In this document: in pieces, positions 48,052 to 57,900 of the stretch
Position numbering within the stretch: the stretch's first letter is position 1
Layout: every line of letters begins with the position of its first letter
DNA from: Candidatus Iainarchaeum sp.
GTDB lineage: Archaea > B1Sed10-29 > WALL01
DNA: 64,000 bases
Direction of reading: 5' to 3'
Assembly: GCA_023129115.1 (NCBI GenBank)
Contig: JAGMCR010000015.1
Coordinates: 1-64,000, forward strand
Translations under genes and position numbers: made by a program
The notes under the pieces: generated by a model
The model's input: only the letters and a program-made list of their open reading frames with translations
Database searches by the model: none
Told to the model about the DNA's origin: nothing

Positions 48052-49077
48052 TCAGGTTTCGTCCGCGCCGCCACCCCACCCGTATGTGGGACCCTCATCA
48101 TCAACTTCTGCAGTGTCTGCTGAGCCCTCGAGGAACCCCGCGCCCCTAGATTTTTTTGGCTTGTCTGGCATGTTTGTGCCGTCAATGTTTCCACCCGAAA
48201 TGGGGTGTATCATCCTTCCGCCTTTGCGTATCTCCATGCCATCAATGTTTCCACCAGAAATCGGGTGAGGGCTGTCTTTTGGCTCACCAGGGTATACCGT
48301 TTCGCTGCGCGTCCCCCCTATGCTGCTGCCCCACTGGATTTTTTCTTTGGGCTTGCTCGGCTTGGCCGGGGCTTTGGTTGCCGGCAGCGTGGAAGCGCTA
48401 CTGTATCTCGAGGGCCTGTCGTCGAGTGCATCCCGCCGTGGCTTTTCCCAGTCCTTTGTCTGGGGGTATGTGGCTGGCCGGGGGAGTGGTGGAGGAGGCA
48501 TATCTACTTTTATGCCGTGGAAGGCGAGGACTGCAAGTAGTTCTCTTTGCATTTCAGGAGAAAGTTTTCGTATTCTGAGGACGAGGTCTTTTTTGTCGAG
48601 GTTTTTGAGGTCTTCGAAGGTCGCTTGTTTGGCGGATTGTTGGCGCTGGGCTTGGGCTGCTTGTTGGCGCGCGACTAGGTATTCGCGCAGTCGGTCGGCG
48701 TTTCTTATGTACACTGGGTTGGGGTGGACTTTGGCTGCTTCTTCGTATTTGGCGAGTGCTTCTTTGTATCGCCCGGCGTCGTGGAGATTGATTCCTTCGT
48801 TGTGGATGCGGCGGGCGAGTTGCTTGGCAGTGGGCGGACCGTACCCCAGTACTTTCCGGATTCTGCTGTCGTATTCTTGGCGTAGTGTTTTGAGTACGGG
48901 GCTGTCCGGATACATTCTTTCTACTCGTATGAGCAGCCGGATCGCGTCAGTCTCCATCCCCTTCTTGAACAAGCGCTTGAAGTCACCTTCACACTTTTCC
49001 GGTGAATAGGTGCCCCTCTTCATCTGTGATTTTCGGACCACGCCCCGAATGCCTTCCCCAATCTCCTTCAGCACCAT
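48052..49077 (-). CDS. TPR-containing hypothetical protein (cargo nearest the anchor)
   Basis: HNEGINLHDAGRYKEALAKYEEAAKVHP; repeated HPISGGNIDG. Confidence 0.75.
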   Translation of the reverse strand: MVLKEIGEGIRGVVRKSQMKRGTYSPEKCEGDFKRLFKKGMETDAIRLLIRVERMYPDSPVLKTLRQEYDSRIRKVLGYGPPTAKQLARRIHNEGINLHDAGRYKEALAKYEEAAKVHPNPVYIRNADRLREYLVARQQAAQAQRQQSAKQATFEDLKNLDKKDLVLRIRKLSPEMQRELLAVLAFHGIKVDMPPPPLPRPATYPQTKDWEKPRRDALDDRPSRYSSASTLPATKAPAKPSKPKEKIQWGSSIGGTRSETVYPGEPKDSPHPISGGNIDGMEIRKGGRMIHPISGGNIDGTNMPDKPKKSRGAGFLEGSADTAEVDDEGPTYGWGGGADET

Positions 49078-49135
49078 TCAACCACAACTAACGCACCCAA
49101 AACACTTAAAACTAACGCCCACCTTTAGCTATCCA

Positions 49136-50284
49136 ATGCCCACCTGGAGCCATAGTAGAATCTCGACGTACGAGAATTGCCCCCTGAAATTTTATTACAC
49201 TTACGTCGAGAAGCCGGACGTGGAGGAGGTATTGGGTGACAATATCGCTCTTGTGCTGGGCAAGAGCTGTCACGAGGCGCTCGAGTGGCTGTACAAAGAG
49301 CTGTCCTTCGGCCGGGAGCCGTCCCTGGACGACGCCATCGACTATTATACCCAATCCTGGGGCAAGATGTGGACTCCGGACGTGATTATCCCCCGTTTTG
49401 ACGAAAAAACGTGGAAAAAGCTTGGCATCCGGTACCTCGGCGACTTTTACAACCGGCACTCGCCGTTTATCGAGGACCGTACCGTGGCCCTCGAGAGAAT
49501 GGTTCGCCTTAAAATCGGCAAGTACTCGTTAATCGGGTATATTGACCGTGTTGCCGAGGCTTCTCCGGGCCACTACAAAATCATTGATTACAAGACGACT
49601 AAGAGGCTTCAGGGGCAGGACTGGTTTGACAGTGACCGCCAGCTCGCTCTCTACGAAATTGGCTTGCGCCAGATGTTCAGGGACGTGGAGGAGGTGGACC
49701 TCGTGTGGCACATGCTTCACTTCAACAAGGAGATTGTTTCTCGCCGGACTCCGGGGCAGCTGGAGCAGTTGAAGAGTGACACGATTGAATTGATTAGTAC
49801 TATTGAGGCTGCTGAAGAGTATCCCGCCAAAGTGTGTGGGCTTTGCCCGTGGTGCAGCTTCCAAGAAATCTGTCCCAAAAAAAAGCACGAGCGCGCCACC
49901 ACGCGCATGACCGTCCGCGAGTTCCGCAGGGACGAGGGCGTTCGCGTGGCGAACAAGTTTGTGCAGACGAAGCTGAAGCTGGACGAGTGGGGGATAAAGA
50001 ACGCGGACGCGCGGAAGGACGTGCTGGCGTATTCGAAGCAGCACGACACCAGCAAAGTCATTGGGTCGAAGGCGGCTGTGGCCGTCTCGACGATGAAGAG
50101 GGTATCGTTCGACCCCAAAGTGGAGAAATTGTTGAAGAAAGAGGGGTTGTGGGAGAAGTACTCGAAGTTGGATTCTGCTGCTCTTGTGCGTGAGCTTGAG
50201 GGCCTTGACCCGAAAATCAGGGGAAAGCTTGTCAAGCTTGAGGAGACTAAAGAGTCTAAAGCTGTGCGTGTTGTGAAGAAGTGA
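49136..50284 (+). CDS. PD-(D/E)XK nuclease (PDDEXK_1; Cas4/AddB-like, Fe-S Cys pattern); anchor of the array
   Basis: SHSRISTYENCP, G..H, GYIDRV, IIDYKT, QLALY, CGLCPWCSFQEICP; start moved to ATG 49136. Confidence 0.92.
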   Translation: MPTWSHSRISTYENCPLKFYYTYVEKPDVEEVLGDNIALVLGKSCHEALEWLYKELSFGREPSLDDAIDYYTQSWGKMWTPDVIIPRFDEKTWKKLGIRYLGDFYNRHSPFIEDRTVALERMVRLKIGKYSLIGYIDRVAEASPGHYKIIDYKTTKRLQGQDWFDSDRQLALYEIGLRQMFRDVEEVDLVWHMLHFNKEIVSRRTPGQLEQLKSDTIELISTIEAAEEYPAKVCGLCPWCSFQEICPKKKHERATTRMTVREFRRDEGVRVANKFVQTKLKLDEWGIKNADARKDVLAYSKQHDTSKVIGSKAAVAVSTMKRVSFDPKVEKLLKKEGLWEKYSKLDSAALVRELEGLDPKIRGKLVKLEETKESKAVRVVKK

Positions 50285-50333
50285 AACGCTTTTATTCTTT
50301 GTCTTCGTTTTGTTTTGTGTGGAGTTGAGGTGA

Positions 50334-51833
50334 ATGCCTAGGAAGAAACACACGGCCGTGCGCCACCCGGACATTGAGTTGGGGGTCAAGAGGGTTACTG
50401 ACGGGAGCATCGAAAAGCTCACTGATGCGAGGGGGGAGCCTTTCACTAGGTCCGAACGCATCAAATTGATGGCGGGCGACCGCAAGGTCTTCGGGAAGGG
50501 CATTGAGGAATTGTTTGACAAGGCAATCAGGGAACTGAAAAAGATTCCTAAGGAAAAGATGGAGCGGCGGAAGCTGATTTACGAGGGCTTGCTCGGCGAG
50601 GTGGAGTCCAAGCTCAAGATTGGTGACTCCGACCGGTTTTTGGCGCACGAAATGATGGTCCAGACTGATTTGGGCAGCATGGTCAAGGCGATTGCGCAGG
50701 GGTCGGACATTAATTTGGACACTGTTGACACCCAAGCAGTGGACAAGGCGGTTGGTACCGCGAGGGACATGTATTACGGCACGAATAAGACAAAGGACGA
50801 GGCCTTGACGAAGAGCCTTGAGGTCTTGATGGCGGACGAGGGCGTCTCGAAGCAGTTCGATGGGGAGTGGGAGGTGGCCGCGCACTTGTCGCCCAAGGAC
50901 CGGGCAAGGTTTTTGATGGCTGTGATGCACAAGGACGATTACTTGATACACCAATTAATCCAGCAGAGGGACGAGAACAAGGAAATGACCAAGGACCAGC
51001 TCCAAAGCATGCTGGATAATTTTGGTTTAACTGAAAAAGATTTTTCGAAGAAAGAGTTGGAGGAGTTGGGGGTTACTATTCACATGGGCAAGAACAAAGA
51101 GATTTTGTTGGACATGGCCAAGATTCTTATCATGGCTGACCTGGACCCCCACAAGCTTTTGGAGTTGCCCAAAGAAGAGAAGCGCACTGCTGTGCTCAGC
51201 ATTTTTTCTCATGAAGCCCTTGACCCCTTGAAGGTGCTGCAGAAGCTTCCTTCTGTCGCGAGGGGCTTGGCGTTGAGGTCTCTTGAGGGCATAAGCAAAA
51301 ATGCTAAGGAGGGGGACAAGGAGGCCAAAGACATGCATAGGTCCAGCCTTATGCTGCACAGCCTTAACATACACAACCCGAGGGAGCGGGAGGCCTTGGC
51401 CGAGATTGTGGCGCTTGCTGACGATAGTGCTGAGTGGGACAAAGAGCTGTCCGCCAGCATAATCAAGAGGCATGGGCTGGAGAAAGAAGCCGAGTTCAAC
51501 AGGTACATGGTGAACCTACGGGACATTGTCGACCAGCCGGCCCACTTCAACCGCTTTTTGGAGCTGGCGTGGGACTTGGATGACAAGGACAAAGTTGGGG
51601 AGATTGGCTTTGACGCGTCGAACCCTGACCACAAAAAGGCGTTCATGAAGATTAGGGGCGAGCTCTTGAAGATAAAGCTTGGCAGTGGGGGCCTCAAGGA
51701 CAATAACGCCGAGGCCGTGGAAAAGCGGGTGCTGACGGAAATGGGCTTGCTCGAAGAAGTCACGAAAAGGCGCAAAAAGAAAGAAAAAAGCGAGAAACGC
51801 GTCAAAGAGCGGTGGAAAAACATTTACGCTTGA
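50334..51833 (+). CDS. Hypothetical helical protein (cargo)
   Basis: GAGGTGA RBS; stop overlaps the nuclease 3' remnant. Confidence 0.8.
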   Translation: MPRKKHTAVRHPDIELGVKRVTDGSIEKLTDARGEPFTRSERIKLMAGDRKVFGKGIEELFDKAIRELKKIPKEKMERRKLIYEGLLGEVESKLKIGDSDRFLAHEMMVQTDLGSMVKAIAQGSDINLDTVDTQAVDKAVGTARDMYYGTNKTKDEALTKSLEVLMADEGVSKQFDGEWEVAAHLSPKDRARFLMAVMHKDDYLIHQLIQQRDENKEMTKDQLQSMLDNFGLTEKDFSKKELEELGVTIHMGKNKEILLDMAKILIMADLDPHKLLELPKEEKRTAVLSIFSHEALDPLKVLQKLPSVARGLALRSLEGISKNAKEGDKEAKDMHRSSLMLHSLNIHNPREREALAEIVALADDSAEWDKELSASIIKRHGLEKEAEFNRYMVNLRDIVDQPAHFNRFLELAWDLDDKDKVGEIGFDASNPDHKKAFMKIRGELLKIKLGSGGLKDNNAEAVEKRVLTEMGLLEEVTKRRKKKEKSEKRVKERWKNIYA

Positions 51834-51876
51834 GGAGACTAAGGAGTCTAAAGCTGTGCGTGTTGTGAAGAAGTAG
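51828..51876 (+). pseudogene. 3' remnant 1 of the nuclease gene
   Basis: LEETKESKAVRVVKK*; 46 of 49 nt identical to the gene end (one synonymous change, TGA to TAG). Confidence 0.95.
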
Positions 51877-52401
51877 GTGATGTTAATGGCGGGTAAAAAA
51901 AAGAAAAAGGGAAAAGCTTTTCAGGCTCTGCCTGAGAAATGGGTGAAGCCGTTGAGGGAGCTTGACGTGTACAGTGCCTTGGTCAAGGTGCTGGGGTTGA
52001 CGTTGTTGGGGGTTTTCCTCTATTCCTGGTTGTGGGCACCAGACGAGAGGTGGATTGTAGTGCTGCCCCTCGCGTTCGCTTCGATTTCACTGGGTAATTT
52101 GCTCCCGATAGCCGTTGGCAATTTGTTGGGGAACAAGTGGGGGAAGAAAGCGCCGTGGCAGGGCTTCGCTGTTTTAGTGACTGCGTATTCGGTGGTGTGG
52201 TCCGTGGTTGTGTGGCTCTTTAGCCGGTTGAACGCCGGTTTAATCGCGACTGTTTTGGGCCTAATCCTGTTCTACTCCATCTTCCAGTCTTATTACCAGA
52301 CGAGCCACAAGCACGCGGTATACGCGGCACTCTTGTTTGGCCTGCTATTGCCGGCTTTGGTGCTCGGGATGCTGATGGGCATGATAGGGGCGTTGCCGTA
52401 A
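51877..52401 (+). CDS. Membrane protein, paralogue of 25466-25981
   Basis: Shared motifs; about 5 TM segments. Confidence 0.8.
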   Translation: MMLMAGKKKKKGKAFQALPEKWVKPLRELDVYSALVKVLGLTLLGVFLYSWLWAPDERWIVVLPLAFASISLGNLLPIAVGNLLGNKWGKKAPWQGFAVLVTAYSVVWSVVVWLFSRLNAGLIATVLGLILFYSIFQSYYQTSHKHAVYAALLFGLLLPALVLGMLMGMIGALP

Positions 52402-52403
52402 CC

Positions 52404-52504
52404 CGGGAACTTGTGGGCTGTAATCCGGGGCTGAAGAAGAAGCTTGAGGAAACAAAAGAGTCTTTGTCTGTGCGTGTTGTGAGGAAGTGAAACGCTTTTA
52501 TTCT
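52404..52504 (+). pseudogene. 3' remnant 2 of the nuclease gene plus downstream promoter
   Basis: RELVGCNPGLKKKLEETKESLSVRVVRK* followed by AACGCTTTTATTCT, as after the intact gene. Confidence 0.92.
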
Positions 52505-52526
52505 GCTGCCTGCTTATCCATTAGTG

Positions 52527-53255
52527 ATGGCAGTGAGTAAGTTTGATTGGAGTTCAGTGGATTTGGAGGGCCCGGAGGCAGTGGGCCGCATTGCTGAGAA
52601 CGTTTCGTTAAGGGAAATTGACAAGCACTTGGAGGCGGGCAACGAGGCGCTTAGGAATAGTGAGGGTGCTGGCGTCCAGGCCGTGTTGGCGGCGGCTTTC
52701 GGTGGCGTGGACGAGGTGAATGCCGCCAATCTCCCGAAGGCGGTGGAGGGTGTTGCTGAGGGCCGGGCTAAGCTGAAGAGGATTATGGGTGTTCTTTCCG
52801 AGGCCAGGGAGAGGCGGGAGGAAGTGGTGGCAAGCGATGCGCGGAGGTATGCGCGCGAGAACGACTTGTTCAGTGTCCACAAGAAGCTGAACAGTGTTGA
52901 GGAAGCGCTTTTGGGCACGCGTGGGGGCCAGGCCGCTGATGCGGAGGTCATCCAGCGGAGTAATATGCACAGGGTTTTCATGCAGCGGCTTGCCGAAGAA
53001 AAAGCGGTGCCTGTTGCTGGTGGAGTGGCTCTTGCTCGCCTGAGGGAGATGGATGCGGCGCTTGAGAGGGACGTCAAGCGCTTTCGGAGGGGTCGGCTGG
53101 ACAAGGCGTTGGAGCGTGCGGCCGGGTTCCAGGGCCTTGTGCGGCAGCGCATCGAGCTCACTGAGAAGGCTTCGGTGCTCAAGTCCCCCAAACGCTCCAC
53201 GGGGAAGAAGCGCGGGTTCGTAATGGCGCAGCCAAAAGAAAAGCCAAGAAAGTAA
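52527..53255 (+). CDS. Hypothetical protein (cargo)
   Basis: ATG about 25 nt after TTTTATT; stop overlaps remnant 3. Confidence 0.75.
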   Translation: MAVSKFDWSSVDLEGPEAVGRIAENVSLREIDKHLEAGNEALRNSEGAGVQAVLAAAFGGVDEVNAANLPKAVEGVAEGRAKLKRIMGVLSEARERREEVVASDARRYARENDLFSVHKKLNSVEEALLGTRGGQAADAEVIQRSNMHRVFMQRLAEEKAVPVAGGVALARLREMDAALERDVKRFRRGRLDKALERAAGFQGLVRQRIELTEKASVLKSPKRSTGKKRGFVMAQPKEKPRK

Positions 53256-53280
53256 GGCTGTTAGGGTGGTTAAGAAATAA
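53248..53280 (+). pseudogene. 3' remnant 3 of the nuclease gene
   Basis: ESKAVRVVKK* with mostly synonymous codon swaps. Confidence 0.85.
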
Positions 53281-53301
53281 ACTTCTTTCTAGTGACTAAC
53301 T

Positions 53302-53895
53302 TTACAAAAGAAAAAGCTCGCGGAATGTGAACGATAAATCCATCATCAAAAAATAGAAGTAATACTGCAGTACAGTATGATACAATTTTTTACGTTTGTT
53401 TGTCCCTCTCACCTTCTTAATTTTTGCGAACATCTTTTTCAAAGAGGGGTTAGGAATCTTTTCTAGATCTTCCATAGTATAGTCTAATCTGTGGGCGTAT
53501 TGGTTTCTAAGATAATTCACGAACTTAAGCTCCCGATAGAGCTCATTATCCAGAATACCCAAAGCGGAAATTATCTCTAGCTTTAGGTAATACCTTTCAT
53601 CTAGTAGCCTTTTTGGGTTTTTTAATCTTTTAGTTATGATTGCATCTAAAAAACGTTCAAAATACAGGTGCATAACCAAAACTAGATGCAACGTGTTTTG
53701 TATCTCTAAAACATCTTTAAAAAATTTCCTTCCCAAAACCCTAGTCTTTTTTGGAAGACGAGAACGAATAATATCCTGCGTGGCCTCACTAGTTAGTATA
53801 AACTTTTTTGTCCAAGGCATATCTGTCTCGATAGTCCTAGCCATCGCCTTTAATATGCCTAGTGACCTATCTGGGACAGGGTACCATTTTGTCAT
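53302..53895 (-). CDS. MtlR/HEPN-like protein
   Basis: HLYFE..L, ALGIL, LRNQYAH (RxxxxH); low GC. Confidence 0.6.
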   Translation of the reverse strand: MTKWYPVPDRSLGILKAMARTIETDMPWTKKFILTSEATQDIIRSRLPKKTRVLGRKFFKDVLEIQNTLHLVLVMHLYFERFLDAIITKRLKNPKRLLDERYYLKLEIISALGILDNELYRELKFVNYLRNQYAHRLDYTMEDLEKIPNPSLKKMFAKIKKVRGTNKRKKLYHTVLQYYFYFLMMDLSFTFRELFLL

Positions 53896-53938
53896 AATTT
53901 GTTAATTCATATTGGCTATAAAAGGTTTTTGCCAAGAA

Positions 53939-54217
53939 CTAGCTCTTGGCTTTCATCCTCGCCCTAACCACCTTCTTCAGCGGCTCGACCCCATAGTCAT
54001 AGATATCGGGGATGTCCAGGTTCACGACTTTGCCATAGAACCGGAAGAAATGCTCCATTATGTACGTCTCGTGCTTTTTCTCGAACACGTACACCTTGTC
54101 GGCCCACTTCAGCGCCGCGTCCGTTAAGTCGTACATGCCGCAGTACTTGCCGCCGTACATCTCGGCCGCCGTGCGGCTCCGGTTCTCGCCGGCCGTGCAG
54201 ACGAAGAGGAGGTTCAT
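53939..54217 (-). CDS. Low-molecular-weight phosphotyrosine phosphatase-like protein
   Basis: LLFVCTAGENRSRTA (CX5R); WAD; LDIPD. Confidence 0.85.
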   Translation of the reverse strand: MNLLFVCTAGENRSRTAAEMYGGKYCGMYDLTDAALKWADKVYVFEKKHETYIMEHFFRFYGKVVNLDIPDIYDYGVEPLKKVVRARMKAKS

Positions 54218-54819
54218 TTTTTCCTCTGGGACAGGGTAAATTTTACATAGTTGTATTCATCTATAACTTTAGCTAGTGGTGTTTGTTTACTCCGCCATAG
54301 CACGCCACCAAACTCCTCTTGCATTTCTTTGAGAAATCCCAAGTAATCATTTGCTGTGGGTTGTGATTTTTTTATTCCATAGTGTCGCCTGATATTGGTG
54401 TCCCACATTACGAAGAGGGCGGGGTTGAATATACTCATAACTTTGGAAGAGCCAGTGTATTTTACTCCCGGAACCTTGGAAAGCTCTGCATAAATCTTCT
54501 TGATATCGGAGCCCAAACCATCATTCTCATCGAGGTTAGCTGTTTGTAATGTTTCTTTTTTGAGTTTCTTGAAAATAGGAAGACATGTCTTGATAGCATT
54601 TTCGAGTTGACCGAGAGTCTCTTTTTCAGAAGAGAGGTAATGGAACCGCGCTTTATTCCATGTGGCAAGTATCACTATGGCTGCTTGTAGGGGATAGTCC
54701 TCAACTGCCTCACAGGCAACGCAGTAAAAATTGACTCGTCCTTCTCTCTTAGTAAATTTTTTGTGGGCACTTTTTAAGGAACCGCTAGTGTGTGGCATAG
54801 CCATCCAATACACGTCCAA
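54214..54819 (-). CDS. Hypothetical protein with an HhH-glycosylase-like motif
   Basis: LSKVPGVKYTGSSKVM..FNP.LFVMWD. Confidence 0.55.
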   Translation of the reverse strand: MDVYWMAMPHTSGSLKSAHKKFTKREGRVNFYCVACEAVEDYPLQAAIVILATWNKARFHYLSSEKETLGQLENAIKTCLPIFKKLKKETLQTANLDENDGLGSDIKKIYAELSKVPGVKYTGSSKVMSIFNPALFVMWDTNIRRHYGIKKSQPTANDYLGFLKEMQEEFGGVLWRSKQTPLAKVIDEYNYVKFTLSQRKK

Positions 54820-54860
54820 AACACTTAAATATAGCCCCGGGGTAGTTGATATCCACCTAG

Positions 54861-54977
54861 CTAAACGCGGGGGCGTTGGCGAGGGAGCTTGATGGGCTTG
54901 ACGAGGGGCTGAGGAAGAAGCTGGAAAAACTTGAGGAGACTAAGGAGAGTAAGGCTGTTAGGGTGGTTAGAAAATGA
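54861..54977 (+). pseudogene. 3' remnant 4 of the nuclease gene
   Basis: LNAGALARELDGLDEGLRKKLEKLEETKESKAVRVVRK* versus LDSAALVRELEGLDPKIRGKLVKLEETKESKAVRVVKK*; ATGA overlap with the RM gene. Confidence 0.95.
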
Positions 54978-57900
54978 CTGAGAAAGAACAACTGGCCGGG
55001 GAGCCCTTATTTAACAAGTTAGTTGTTGAATTTCAATTGCGGAGTTTTGATAGACCTCTACATTCCTTTGGAAAAGAGCAAAAAACTGAATATGAATTAT
55101 TTAAATCGACGGTTCTTGATGATTTGCCAGAAGTTCTGATGGGAGATATTGGGAAAGAGAACCCAACCGTCATAGCCCAGTATCTGTCTGGGACAGAGGA
55201 GAATGTTAAGAATAAAGTGATAGAACCTTTACTATGCCAGTTTTTAGGGTTTAAGAAAAAACAATTTCAGTATGAACCTGCAGTTAGAATGGAAGATGGA
55301 ACAGGCCATATAGATATCGTAATCAACGTAGATCCAAAATACAAGATATTAGTAGAAACAAAGAGTTGGAGGACTGATCTCAATAAACGGGTGGGAAAAT
55401 ACAAGAAAAGTGCCATCGTCCAAGCATTTGAGTATGCTGAAGCACACGGGATCAATTGGGTAGTTGTGACAAATGGCTATGAACTGCGGCTATATAATCG
55501 TAAAGAAGGTAGTACAAAATATGAGAAGTTCCTTTTAGATGATCTAAACAACCCTCTGGCAGTTGGTAGAACATCGGCTTTCCATCCTAAGAGAGTTTAT
55601 ACCCTATTATCCAATGAGTCTTTTGTTAGCCGAATCCAAGATAAGATATTGGAGCAAAGTGAGGAACACCTAAATGATTTAGGGGAATACATCTATGAAG
55701 TGATAAAGGAACTACGGAATGAATTGGCTAATAACATACTCCGTAAAGACAAACAAATAATCCAGAGGTATATGGAATCTTCAGGACTAACTGAAAAGCA
55801 GAGTAATCAGCTTGTTTTGGATATAATACAAACGTTCATAGATAGATTAATCTTCATTCGCTTTGCAGAGGGCAGGGGGCTTCTACCTGAACCCTATGAC
55901 GCAAACTTTACAGCTCACTTAAAGGAGCTCTGGCAGACAGCAAGAGCGGATATACCAGATTTAACGTTTTTTGATTACCTAAGAAAACTATTTAGAAAGA
56001 TTGATGAAGGCAACTTCAAAGACCCAAACCGGCGATTCTTTGGCTATAATGGTGGACTTTTTGCCCCTAACACCATTCTAGACAATCCCCACTTCCAGAT
56101 AGACGACCACGTAGTTTGGGATGTCATATTGAGATTAAATAAATATGCGCCGAAAAAAAAGACAAAAAAGATTAAACATTTGATGTTAGAAAAAAATGAG
56201 AAGATCAACTTCTCTGAAGTTCCAGTGGAGGTTCTTGGACATATTTATGAAAAGTACTTAGGTCTATCCATTGACCTAGATTGGAAGAGTATCCACCCCA
56301 AAGTCATAATCGACGAGACTAAAGAAAAAAGAAAGGAAGCTGGAGTGTATTACACGCCCAAACATATCACAGAGTACATAGTTAAAAATACTGTTGGAAG
56401 CTTTTTGAAAGAAAATCTAGATAGGTTAGATAACATAAACGTGGTCGATCCAGCTTGTGGTTCTGGGACCTTTTTGCTAAGCGCTTACGAATATTTGTTT
56501 GATAACCAGATTGAAACAACCGCTCTTTCAGATAAGTCACTTAAAAGTTACGTTGTCAGAATCAAAAAACTAATCAAGATACTCAGTCAAAGAGATACCG
56601 CCATCAAAGACAAGGAAAAACTTGCGGAAAAGGTTGGCCTTTCTTTGTTCGAAATAAACAATACTATCCAAGACCTGCTCGGAAAGAACATTCTTCTTAT
56701 AAGCCCAGACGGGTATTATCGACTATCCCCCAAAATGTATGATAAAGAGATGATAAACGAGGACTTACTAACGCAGTATTTGAAAAGTAAGTTACGTTTC
56801 CTTGCTTTAGATATGGTTACAAACAAAAAAAAGGTGCACATAAACGAACATATACTGAAAACTAATCTTCATGGGGTGGATCTCCAATCTCGTGCTGTTG
56901 AAATAACAAAACTGAGCTTATGGCTTAAAACGGCGATCAAGAACGCAAAACTCATAAATCTTGGCACGCAGATTCTAGAAGGTAACTCTCTGATAACGGG
57001 TGTTGAAGGCCCAGAGGAACTGAAGCAGTTCAAAACGGAACTAAATGAAATAATTAAATTAGAAGAACATCTTGAAAGCTTAGATGAAACAAAAGAGTCT
57101 CACCAAAAAATACGCAAACTAGTCAATGAAATAAAATCTGATAAGAAAGAACTTGTTGAGTTATTGGATAAAAACCTTGTTAAAGAGGATGACGAAGGTT
57201 ATTTTGACAATATAAAAAACATAAAACCGTTTGACTGGGAAGTTGAGTTTCCGACCGTATTTGATGATGGGAATAATCCCGGATTTGATGTTGTTATTGG
57301 TAACCCACCATATAGCGCTAAGTTGTCTAAAGCGGAAAGAGGCTATATACGGGATACTTACCCCGCAACAAAAGGAAACACGGATACAGCTATAGCATTT
57401 ATCAACCATGCGTATACCTTATTAAAAAAAGGTGGTTATCTCGGTTTTATTGTGCCAAAATCGCTTTTGTACAGTGATACGTGGGTGGCATGTCGAGAGT
57501 TTATTTTACCGGATCTAGTGAAACTGGTCGATGTTAGCAAGGCTTTTGAGGGTGTCCGGCTTGAACAAGTTATTATAATCCTAAAGAAAGGCAGTGCTTC
57601 AAAGACTTACGCAATTGAATTTTTGGGTTCCACAAAACATCACGAAATAAAAAAGAGCAACTTGAAGAAATTCGGTATAATCCTTAATGAGATTGGACAA
57701 GACGAATTAAAACTCGGCCTGAATCTTTCGGGTAAAGCTAGACTCTCTGACGTTGCTGATTTAGAACGCGGACTGGGCCTACAAGATGAGCTCTCTCAGA
57801 CAGGATCTAAACGGATTTATGGTGGTTCCAGTGTTGGGAGATTCTTACTAAAACCTACGGATAGGTTCATAAGCAGCACTACCTACGCAAAACATGCGAA

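Noticed and set aside
48180-48270. HPISGGNIDG repeat as a RiPP precursor core
   Set aside because: Only two copies inside a TPR protein tail, and no modifying enzymes nearby.
49136-50284. Cas4 of a CRISPR-Cas system
   Set aside because: No cas1/cas2 or repeat-spacer array in the window; treated as a solo PD-(D/E)XK nuclease.
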